Of a stretch of 64,000 bases of DNA, positions 56,901 to 64,000 are shown one piece after another. The stretch is from a phage: assembly GCA_018093385.1 (NCBI GenBank), contig GCA_018093385.1_4808.1. One strand, 5' to 3'. A model generated the notes under the pieces. It made no database searches. It saw nothing but the letters and a program-made list of their open reading frames with translations, and was not told where the DNA came from. A program made the translations under genes and the position numbers. Position 1 is the first letter of the stretch, and every line of letters begins with the position of its first letter.

Positions 56901-57395
56901 ATGATCATCCATCGCCCTTTAATGTTAAAGAAAGAAGAAGCTAAAGAAATTTTACACGCATTGAGACGTGCAGAAGCAGATGTTAAACTTCGCGTAAAGG
57001 TAAGAGGCTTCATTATGAAGCAGTTCGAAAGTGATGATGTTGACTATGCCATTGATGAATTGCTGAAGCGCAACGTCAAGGGTGCAACAAGACCTATTTA
57101 CCATCAATCTCGTTGCGTACAAGCTCCTATCAAGACTTATGTTGATAAAAAGCCGCGCCTTAAGCCTGTTCCGGCTGATAAAATAGAAGTCGGTGATGTT
57201 ATCGTCTGCGTCTATTACGGCAGTCAGATTTTCAATGCTGTTGTAGTAAGACGATACAGTATAAACGGCTGCCAATACATGGAAGTGACAAACGCAAAGA
57301 AAGAACCTGGCAGCTTGAACGTGGCTTACGCATTAAGGGAATTCAACAGTCCTTCTTGCACTCTTTATAAGGTACTCGACCATGGCTCATGTTAA
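56901..57395 (+). CDS. hypothetical protein
   Basis: ORF in track, RBS AGAGGT. Confidence 0.45.
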   Translation: MIIHRPLMLKKEEAKEILHALRRAEADVKLRVKVRGFIMKQFESDDVDYAIDELLKRNVKGATRPIYHQSRCVQAPIKTYVDKKPRLKPVPADKIEVGDVIVCVYYGSQIFNAVVVRRYSINGCQYMEVTNAKKEPGSLNVAYALREFNSPSCTLYKVLDHGSC

Positions 57396-57729
57396 AGACG
57401 AAGTGTTGTTTGGCGCAGAGATTAAGAAACGTGTCAGAGAAATGGCAGGAGAAGAAAGAGTGAAGTCGCTGCGAAAAGGTTTTGATCACATCAACGGCGT
57501 ATCCGGCACGAAGGAGATGGGCGTGTTGGTAAAAGACATTCGCATTGGCGATGTCATGGTCATCGACCGACAAGCGCGCGTCGTTATCCAGGTACAACCG
57601 AACGATGATGAAGGATGTGTCCTATTGAAGCTGAAGAAACTTTCATCCAGCCCAGCGAAAGCCGTGATCAAGAAGGTATGGCCCGAAGGATTACGCAAAC
57701 TCATCCGTCGACCCGTGGAGAATGTATGA
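57382..57729 (+). CDS. hypothetical protein
   Basis: ORF in track. Confidence 0.45.
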   Translation: MAHVKDEVLFGAEIKKRVREMAGEERVKSLRKGFDHINGVSGTKEMGVLVKDIRIGDVMVIDRQARVVIQVQPNDDEGCVLLKLKKLSSSPAKAVIKKVWPEGLRKLIRRPVENV

Positions 57730-57965
57730 TGGAAGATTATATCAACGCTATGTATATGGCATTCTATGTCGTGCAACTTCCGAATGGCGCGGTATTCTAT
57801 GGCGAGTATACCTTTGACGTTCAATATGACGTTTCAGAGCGTACAGTGTTAACAAGGGAGTTGATTTCTGACCTTAAGGACGACATCAAACGCGTCGCGC
57901 GGCAGCAGTTCAATTTGGATGACACCGTCATCGTTCGAATTACCGGAATAACAGAGGTGCAGTGA
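57726..57965 (+). CDS. hypothetical protein
   Basis: ATG 57726 overlapping upstream stop. Confidence 0.4.
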   Translation: MMEDYINAMYMAFYVVQLPNGAVFYGEYTFDVQYDVSERTVLTRELISDLKDDIKRVARQQFNLDDTVIVRITGITEVQ

Positions 57966-58294
57966 TGACCCGTGATCAGATACTCGCCGCGCATGAGCGT
58001 GGATTAATAAAAGAAGTGTGGAAGAAGGCCAATGCTTTTGCTGATTCTTATTACTTCTTAAAGAAGTGCATAAAAGAAAATGCAAGAATGGGCAACACAG
58101 TATTGACTTTTAATCTTCTGTCTTATGGCGAAAAGCTTAATGCAATATATGCTTGTCGACTAGCCAGCATGAAGTTCGATAGAGGAAATTACGGAGAGTT
58201 GACCATCTATCGATTCTCTCACCGGACGGGTGATACAAAGATAACAAGGACGCGTGACCAGATAGAGATTGACCTACTCCACTATGTAAAATGA
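57962..58294 (+). CDS. hypothetical protein
   Basis: ORF in track. Confidence 0.45.
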   Translation: MMTRDQILAAHERGLIKEVWKKANAFADSYYFLKKCIKENARMGNTVLTFNLLSYGEKLNAIYACRLASMKFDRGNYGELTIYRFSHRTGDTKITRTRDQIEIDLLHYVK

Positions 58295-58300
58295 ATATCA

Positions 58301-58333
58301 AAAAGGTGAGCTAAATGCTTGCCTTTTCTTTTA
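58301..58333 (+). terminator. rho-independent terminator (copy 1 of repeated cassette)
   Basis: AAGGUGAGC-UAAAU-GCUUGCCUU hairpin (two G-U pairs) plus U-run. Confidence 0.5.
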
Positions 58334-58379
58334 TCAATACTTATACTCTTTTCATCAAGACTAACAAGTGAGGTGAATT

Positions 58380-58697
58380 ATGATTTACTTAGGAATGGAC
58401 GAGGGTGCTTACAAAGACCTTTCAAGGGTGCCAAACGTTAAGTTGGACACAGCTGTACACATCAAGCCTTGGCCAATCGCCCACCCAGACGTTGTTGTCC
58501 CAGTCGCTCCTGGCACGCGTTACGTGGCCATTGATGACGACGGAGTCATTCACTGTTATTCGGAAAAACCAAAGTATATAGAGCAATATCACGGTTGGTT
58601 TTTGGACGAGCGTGCAATGGCGCGTTACTGCGGCGAAGTCGGTCTGGAAGGCTGGAGCTTCGAGGCTAGTGAATCGTGTGTCGAGGTGCAATTATGA
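58380..58697 (+). CDS. hypothetical protein (paralog of 62176-62667 N-terminal region)
   Basis: VAIDDDGVIHCYSEKPKYIEQYHGWFLDE vs VARDSNGSIWVYEEKPAWEERRGQWLYE. Confidence 0.45.
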   Translation: MIYLGMDEGAYKDLSRVPNVKLDTAVHIKPWPIAHPDVVVPVAPGTRYVAIDDDGVIHCYSEKPKYIEQYHGWFLDERAMARYCGEVGLEGWSFEASESCVEVQL

Positions 58698-58912
58698 ACG
58701 CCGCGCTGGGTAAGTTGCCATTCAATAAGCGTAATGAGTTGCGCATGGTATCGCGCTTTCAACAAACGCATTTATCACTAATCAAGATTGCAAACAAGGC
58801 ATACTCTCTAAATTGTCCTGAAGAAGAATGGAAAGAATTGAATGAGCGTCGTAAACAATTACAACATGCTGCATTCAAGCTGCAGCAATATGCTATGGAG
58901 TATGCAAAATGA
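58694..58912 (+). CDS. hypothetical protein
   Basis: ATG 58694 inside longer track ORF. Confidence 0.4.
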   Translation: MNAALGKLPFNKRNELRMVSRFQQTHLSLIKIANKAYSLNCPEEEWKELNERRKQLQHAAFKLQQYAMEYAK

Positions 58913-59193
58913 AGATGCAAAGATGTCCCCATTGCTTGTCCACGATGCGGCTTACTGCTGAAGAATATTTACATCACGTTAACGTTTGTGATGCTAATCC
59001 TGAAAACTCGACACGTTACTATTATCATTATCATGCGGAAGCAGAAGACGGCTCAGGCGCAACAGGCATCGTCACTACGAAAGAAATGGTGATCACAAAA
59101 AAGGCGTATGAAAGCCTGCTGGATACAATCAAGGAAGTGTCTGGCAAAGAAATAGTCTGCATTAAATCTTTATCTTTCTTGCACGAGGTGTGA
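58909..59193 (+). CDS. small Cys/His zinc-finger-like protein (paralog A1)
   Basis: MKMQRCPHCLSTMRL...HHVNVCDANPENS. Confidence 0.45.
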   Translation: MKMQRCPHCLSTMRLTAEEYLHHVNVCDANPENSTRYYYHYHAEAEDGSGATGIVTTKEMVITKKAYESLLDTIKEVSGKEIVCIKSLSFLHEV

Positions 59194-59194
59194 A

Positions 59195-59578
59195 ATGAGA
59201 ATGAAGCGTTGCCCTTACTGCCACGATGTGATGCACCTTCCACACGAAGAGTTTGTGCAGCACATGACTAACTGTGATAAGAATCCTAATAGCGAAAGCC
59301 AACTTGAAGAAAGAATGTTCTTGGTGTCATTCAAAGCTTCTGCTTATGAAGTGCAACGTTCTTACGGCGCACCAAGTACGATTTACTGTCCAACAACATT
59401 GAGAAGCGACATCGACTCAATTCAGCTTGCGGCTTGGATTAACGTTAAGGAAGGAATCACGCCGCACTTTATTGCGCGCATCCAATCTCAGATTCTACAA
59501 ATCAAGCGCGAATACAACCGTGACATCACTGAAGTGAAGGTGTTGTCTATCACACCGATGAATAAGGAGTTGCCGTGA
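59195..59578 (+). CDS. small Cys/His zinc-finger-like protein (paralog A2)
   Basis: MRMKRCPYCHDVMHL...QHMTNCDKNPNSES, tandem to A1. Confidence 0.45.
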   Translation: MRMKRCPYCHDVMHLPHEEFVQHMTNCDKNPNSESQLEERMFLVSFKASAYEVQRSYGAPSTIYCPTTLRSDIDSIQLAAWINVKEGITPHFIARIQSQILQIKREYNRDITEVKVLSITPMNKELP

Positions 59579-59835
59579 ACAAGGGTCCGATGACTAAGTT
59601 AGCCGTTGCCGCGCGGAAGCTTCGACAAGCCGTTAATGGGTCGCGGCCCGTGGTGTTAACACTCGACGACGCAAAGGCACTGGTAGAGCTACTCGACGAG
59701 CACAACCGACGCAAGAATCTGGAGAACACATTACGCTGGCGCGTTACTCCGAAAGGGCGGGAGAGCGAAAAGAAAGCTTACTTGCGGCGCAAACTAAGGT
59801 CGGTCGGCCTTCACGAAGAGGCGAAGAATATTTAA
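59575..59835 (+). CDS. hypothetical basic protein
   Basis: ORF in track, probable GTG start. Confidence 0.4.
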   Translation: MNKGPMTKLAVAARKLRQAVNGSRPVVLTLDDAKALVELLDEHNRRKNLENTLRWRVTPKGRESEKKAYLRRKLRSVGLHEEAKNI

Positions 59836-59839
59836 TTCA

Positions 59840-59873
59840 AAAAGGTGAGCTAAATGCTTGCCTTTTTATTTGC
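59840..59873 (+). terminator. rho-independent terminator (copy 2 of repeated cassette)
   Basis: 30-bp identity with 58301-58330 including hairpin and U-run. Confidence 0.5.
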
Positions 59874-59907
59874 CTGCATTATACTTAGTTCATCAAGCAA
59901 AGGAGAA

Positions 59908-60216
59908 ATGATTATGAGTTACGACGAAAGGTTTGGCAGAAGCGGATTATTTCATGACGCTGTACACAAAGACAGCAAAGATGTTGTCTGCGCATTCAAG
60001 GTTGATTCTTACGGTACGCTGAAACCTTTTAAGGTCGGCGAAACATACAAGCTGTTTCACGGCTGGTTGACGCGTCGCAACAACTTGCCTGACATGGAAG
60101 TCTGGTGGATAGAATACAAGGGTCAGGCTCATCGGTGCAAGGTTGTAGAGGTGCGCGGCGTGAACTACTATCAATCTGTTATCAGCGGATTTGTTTTTAA
60201 AGAGGGTGAGCTATGA
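59908..60216 (+). CDS. hypothetical protein (KVGETYKLF family)
   Basis: RBS AAGGAG; shares FKVG-x-TY-x-L motif with 61439-61780; start may be ATG 59914. Confidence 0.45.
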   Translation: MIMSYDERFGRSGLFHDAVHKDSKDVVCAFKVDSYGTLKPFKVGETYKLFHGWLTRRNNLPDMEVWWIEYKGQAHRCKVVEVRGVNYYQSVISGFVFKEGEL

Positions 60217-60518
60217 GTACCGAAGCAATGAAGAAAAAGATTTTGAACACTTTGCAAGAAGCCGTGAACTGTGGTGCCATTAAAGAGTTCAAGGAGACTC
60301 AAGAAGGCGGTGAGCCAGTATTCTTCTTTAAGAATAAAAAGGACGGTGTAGCGGCAATCATGCTATTAAAGAATAGTGATGATACATTTATTCTTTGCGT
60401 CGGCGGTTACGACCTTGTCGCTGATGATGCATTCATCACTTGTGCCGACGGCCTTAATCCTATGTTGGCATTTGAGCGTCGCGCCATCCGTGTTGCAACG
60501 TTTGGAGGGAATTTATGA
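60213..60518 (+). CDS. hypothetical protein
   Basis: RBS AGAGGGTGA; N-terminus similar to 60930 gene. Confidence 0.45.
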   Translation: MSTEAMKKKILNTLQEAVNCGAIKEFKETQEGGEPVFFFKNKKDGVAAIMLLKNSDDTFILCVGGYDLVADDAFITCADGLNPMLAFERRAIRVATFGGNL

Positions 60519-60700
60519 GTACCGAAGTCCATAACGCTTCAGCAATGGTAAGCTTTTACCGTAACAAAGGCGTGTCTCTCGTTAAAACGCCGCAAGGCAT
60601 GCTGTTCTTTGGCACGCGCTTCCTTAAGGCTTCGGAGCGTGAAACGCTGTCCAAGTTTGACCAGAAAACATTACATGCAGTTTGGAGAAGACAGCAATGA
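60515..60700 (+). CDS. hypothetical protein (61 aa)
   Basis: RBS GGAGGG. Confidence 0.4.
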   Translation: MSTEVHNASAMVSFYRNKGVSLVKTPQGMLFFGTRFLKASERETLSKFDQKTLHAVWRRQQ

Positions 60701-60933
60701 CATCCAACCTTAAAGCCCGTTTATTATTCATCAAGCCGCATGTGCCGTATAAGATTAGTAAGCGCACCTGGCTTAACATTTACAACCGCAGCGGCGACCG
60801 TTGTTTGTACAAGGCGAAGCGACGCAAGAAGGTATATTTAAAGGCTGTGATGTCGCAACCCGTCGATGCATTCAACATCGGCGAAAATGAACTGTCAATC
60901 GGCTATCAAATTGAACTCGGAGTAAAGAAATGA
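60697..60933 (+). CDS. hypothetical basic protein
   Basis: ATGA overlap with upstream stop. Confidence 0.4.
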   Translation: MTSNLKARLLFIKPHVPYKISKRTWLNIYNRSGDRCLYKAKRRKKVYLKAVMSQPVDAFNIGENELSIGYQIELGVKK

Positions 60934-61439
60934 AAATCGAACAACTCGAAGCAGTATTGGAAATGGCTGTAAAGGCAGGCGCAATCAGAAGCTATAGCCG
61001 CGAGAAGTCTGATGATGCTGCACACTTTTGTCGCAACTTCTATATTGTCGGCAACCTTAACGACCACTACACCATCGAGTGGTATACTAATATGATGACG
61101 CTTAAGTCGCGCACCATGGAGCTTTGGTTTGATGACGTTTGCCTTTCTCATAGCCACCCGTGCTACGACGTTGCGCTTGGATTCTTTTACAAAAGCAACC
61201 AACCAATCGCCCACATCGGTGAGAAGCATGAGCATTTGAAGGATAAACAAAAGACTGCTGACGGTTGGATTGATTGGGATGGTGGAGACTTGAATCCAGT
61301 CCCAGGTAAGAAGGTGCTTTACGTGCTGCGCGACGGCGCTACAGCAACAAAGCCGATTGCATCAGATGAATTGCGCTGGGAGAAGATTGAACGCCACCGC
61401 GATGGCGATGTCATCAAATACAAAGTCGTGGAGGAATAA
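60930..61439 (+). CDS. hypothetical protein with C-terminal GGD-NPVPG domain
   Basis: C-terminus WDGGDLNPVPGKKVLYVLRDG paralogous to 62664 gene C-terminus. Confidence 0.45.
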   Translation: MKIEQLEAVLEMAVKAGAIRSYSREKSDDAAHFCRNFYIVGNLNDHYTIEWYTNMMTLKSRTMELWFDDVCLSHSHPCYDVALGFFYKSNQPIAHIGEKHEHLKDKQKTADGWIDWDGGDLNPVPGKKVLYVLRDGATATKPIASDELRWEKIERHRDGDVIKYKVVEE

Positions 61440-61780
61440 TGGAAGAGCAAGAAGGCCGTGAGCTAACGTTCGACGAGCAGATGCAAGAGCTTCAGCGCAC
61501 ATCGCCGCTGCACGGTAAGATTGTTGACATAGAGGCGAGCGAATCCAACCTCACCCAATGGCGGCTCAAGTGCACCAGCACAAGCAAAGAGCTTTCAAGC
61601 TTCAAAGTCGGTCAGACCTATTTGCTTTATGAGGCAAAAGGACTTATTATTGATGGAAGGCAAATTGTCTTCACGGTAGTCAGCGGAATGCGTTGGTTTG
61701 TGAAGCGTGATGTCGAGGGCCGTGACATGTTTGTCGCAGGCTTTCCAGAAACAAGATTCCAATTGGAGAAGGTTAAATGA
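61439..61780 (+). CDS. hypothetical protein (KVGQTYLLY family)
   Basis: Motif shared with 59908 gene. Confidence 0.45.
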   Translation: MEEQEGRELTFDEQMQELQRTSPLHGKIVDIEASESNLTQWRLKCTSTSKELSSFKVGQTYLLYEAKGLIIDGRQIVFTVVSGMRWFVKRDVEGRDMFVAGFPETRFQLEKVK

Positions 61781-62118
61781 ATCAACATAAAGAACGTTTA
61801 GAAGAACTGGTGCGCGGTGAGCTTTACGGCGGCGATGACTCACTGTTCAAGTTAAGCGATGCGGTTGTCAACGAGTACATTCACGGGCTGGTCGACGCGC
61901 AAGGTCGTTTTCCTTATCCGCGAGACTATTGCAACGACATCACAGCAGCGTGGCCCGTGATGCTTGCTAATGATGTCAGCGTCGTGCGAAACTGCGGCAA
62001 CAAAGAACCGAACTGTGACTACTCGGCTTACGTCGCGTTGGACGGCATGGACATTGCATCATTTAAGTGCAGCGGCAATCACGACAACCCGTTGCGCCGC
62101 GATGCACGTAATCATTAA
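61777..62118 (+). CDS. hypothetical Cys-containing protein
   Basis: ORF in track. Confidence 0.45.
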   Translation: MNQHKERLEELVRGELYGGDDSLFKLSDAVVNEYIHGLVDAQGRFPYPRDYCNDITAAWPVMLANDVSVVRNCGNKEPNCDYSAYVALDGMDIASFKCSGNHDNPLRRDARNH

Positions 62119-62175
62119 GCTGCACGCCAACAAAGGCGAAGGCTCAGTGGCAACCGTTTATGAGAAGGTGACAGC

Positions 62176-62667
62176 ATGACTAACAAAACGCAACGCATCA
62201 ATTTTGAAGGAAAAGAATACAAAATAGACGTTCGTGCACGATTCGTTGCGCGCGATTCCAATGGCAGCATCTGGGTGTATGAAGAGAAGCCTGCATGGGA
62301 AGAACGGCGCGGCCAGTGGTTGTACGAAACCTGTGGTTCAGTTTGGTGCGAGCGCATCGACCAAGTGAAGACGTTTGAAAAGAACAGACCAGCATCACGC
62401 GATTCATTGAAGGAAGTGGCAGAAATCAAAATCCAGGACCCAACGCCGTCGACCGATAAACAATACGCAGTCGGGCAACGTGACATCGAGCAACTCGACG
62501 AGGGCGGCTATTATACGCGCCACATCTATGCCATGACTCATGAAGGACTTTACAGCAAGTCGGACATCGCCGCTGAATTAGCCCATCGTGACTTGCAACT
62601 TGACTTGCTTAAGATAGAAATCCAAAACTTACGCAACACCATTTTAAATACCTGGAGCTTAAAATGA
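62176..62667 (+). CDS. hypothetical protein
   Basis: RBS AAGGTGA; N-terminal region paralogous to 58380 gene. Confidence 0.45.
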   Translation: MTNKTQRINFEGKEYKIDVRARFVARDSNGSIWVYEEKPAWEERRGQWLYETCGSVWCERIDQVKTFEKNRPASRDSLKEVAEIKIQDPTPSTDKQYAVGQRDIEQLDEGGYYTRHIYAMTHEGLYSKSDIAAELAHRDLQLDLLKIEIQNLRNTILNTWSLK

Positions 62668-63089
62668 TACAACGTTACGACCTGACATATGATGTGGTAT
62701 CAGAAGATTGCTCCATCACTCCCGTTCCAGAGAGTCATGAAGGACGTTTTGTTGCATATGAGGACTATGAATCATTGCTCAAACTTAATGAGTCGCTAAC
62801 AAAAGAGATTGAGCAATACTGCGAGCGCATCAAAGCCGCTGAAGATGTTATCAAGCTTTTTAGCGAGGCTGTCGATAAATACAAGGAGTGCAACGTACCG
62901 ATTAAGGAGGAAGCGTGGACCGTGTGGCTTGGCGGCGATAATCCGGTGCCTGGTGAGATTGTTGAATACAAGCTGCGCAATGGAGGTGATAAAGTACTGT
63001 CGAGACTTTCTGACCATCTTCACTGGGGTCATATAGGAGCACTCAAAGGCAGCGACATTATTGCTTATCGGGTTGCTAAGGAGGGGTGA
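62664..63089 (+). CDS. hypothetical protein with C-terminal GGD-NPVPG domain
   Basis: WLGGDNPVPGEIVEYKLRNG. Confidence 0.45.
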   Translation: MIQRYDLTYDVVSEDCSITPVPESHEGRFVAYEDYESLLKLNESLTKEIEQYCERIKAAEDVIKLFSEAVDKYKECNVPIKEEAWTVWLGGDNPVPGEIVEYKLRNGGDKVLSRLSDHLHWGHIGALKGSDIIAYRVAKEG

Positions 63090-63538
63090 TGGGCAAACGG
63101 CTTATCGCCGCTGGTTGGGCCATACCGAAGTGGGGCCATCGTGCGCATTACTTTGACGAAGGAGAAGTGCAAAGCCTTTGCGGTCGCGCAACGTATTTCG
63201 GTGATGAGCGCGTCAGCGGCGATTATATCGACTCGCTTTTAGGCAAAGGTGATTGCAAGAAGTGCCAGAATATATTAAGGGATATTCTCACGCAAAAAGG
63301 ATTGCTTGAGCTTGATGAATCGGAAGAAGTAATTGAGCTTAAGCTGGAAGCCAATCACCTTATTAATATGTTCAAGAACTATTACGCAACTAATATGCGA
63401 TCAAAGATGCGTAAGAAAGTAATAGAAGAGGTACTTACTTACAATCCGTTAAGGATGAATAAAACTAAATTGAAGAAATTTAACATAATGGTAAGGAAAG
63501 AATTTAAAAGGCTAGGAGTGAAGAATTTTATATTTTAA
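63086..63538 (+). CDS. hypothetical protein
   Basis: ORF in track, probable GTG start; last gene before noncoding region. Confidence 0.4.
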   Translation: MMGKRLIAAGWAIPKWGHRAHYFDEGEVQSLCGRATYFGDERVSGDYIDSLLGKGDCKKCQNILRDILTQKGLLELDESEEVIELKLEANHLINMFKNYYATNMRSKMRKKVIEEVLTYNPLRMNKTKLKKFNIMVRKEFKRLGVKNFIF

Positions 63539-63554
63539 TAGTGATTAATGTTAA

Positions 63555-63580
63555 GAGGGCCGAATGGCCCTTTTGTTTGC
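63555..63580 (+). terminator. rho-independent terminator
   Basis: GGGCC-GAAT-GGCCC hairpin followed by TTTTGTTTG. Confidence 0.65.
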
Positions 63581-63599
63581 CTGTTGTTTGTGAGGCTTT

Positions 63600-63830
63600 A
63601 TTATCGGATAAAGCGATTGATTTGTGTAAATCTATTAGAGGGTCGTGGGCAGTGAGTATTGTGACGTGAATTTTGTGTCTTGAATATGTGTGCGAATCTG
63701 GAAGATTATTGTACTGTGGTGCTGTGGGATTGGAGAGGGAATCACTAGGAATTGGAGCGTGTACCGTGGTGTGTGGTCCTGTAGGCTGCGCCGTCTATGG
63801 GATTGCCGCTTGAAATTAAAAAGGAGATAT
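63600..63830. other. noncoding G+T-rich, C-depleted tract
   Basis: Long stretch dominated by GTG/TGT/TGG words with very few C on plus strand; no ORF. Confidence 0.4.
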
Positions 63831-63859
63831 AGTTAGCTGGCTAACCTTACGCATAGAAT

Positions 63860-63975
63860 TTAAGCGTATAATGACGTAAGATTTGGACCTATCCGTAGTT
63901 CACTCCACACACTTCTATGGTGCGCCGCGACTGGTTTCAGTGGTACATCTTACGGATGATACGGATGATACGCGT
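63860..63975. repeat. second copy of iteron/promoter-like module
   Basis: GCGTATAATGACGTA and 27-bp ATCTTACGGATGATACGGATGATACGC identical to 11458-11484; palindrome GTTAGC-TG-GCTAAC at about 63831-63846. Confidence 0.55.
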
Positions 63976-64000
63976 CGCCGCTATACTTTATACAACTTTG

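Noticed and set aside
11458-63973. 27-bp identical direct repeats about 52.5 kb apart considered as prophage attL/attR
   Set aside because: No integrase or excisionase seen; the left copy lies inside the head gene cluster while terminase and portal lie outside the interval, so the repeats do not delimit the phage.
1-64000. Search for tRNA genes, rRNA, integrase, reverse transcriptase or DGR elements
   Set aside because: No T-loop-like GGTTCGAATCC-type motif in intergenic regions, no recombinase or RT motifs recognised in any ORF.

Overview
This window reads as a contiguous segment of a tailed dsDNA phage genome with a contractile tail; no integrase, tRNA, rRNA, CRISPR array or obvious host gene was seen. 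All calls rest on motif recognition, ORF layout and synteny only; no database search was run.

Layout:
- 1-4615 (minus): truncated ORF, small membrane ORFs and a tail fibre with a C-terminal S74-type chaperone.
- 4793-33346 (plus): virion module, from large terminase through portal, capsid, sheath/tube, tape measure with an SLT domain, baseplate and a His-rich tail fibre to a GH19 endolysin. It is interrupted by a divergent two-gene insertion (6257-6909) and an iteron/AT-rich element (11376-11790).
- 33372-50932 (minus): replication and nucleotide-metabolism block, including DNA ligase, embedded spanins, SNF2 helicase, Pol III alpha, DnaQ exonuclease, a ThyX-like gene and a Dda-like helicase.
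- 51093-63538 (plus): early region with a primase-like protein, a VirE-like NTPase and about 30 small ORFs in several paralog families.
- 63539-64000: noncoding, with a GT-rich tract and a second copy of the iteron/promoter module.

Best candidates for something new:
- A possible nucleotide-modification island (43693-48286) centred on a ThyX-like gene with an RTR variant of the RHR motif and a HAD-phosphatase fusion.
- A portal C-terminal extension with inorganic-pyrophosphatase-like motifs.
- The iteron-flanked AT-rich element inside the head module.
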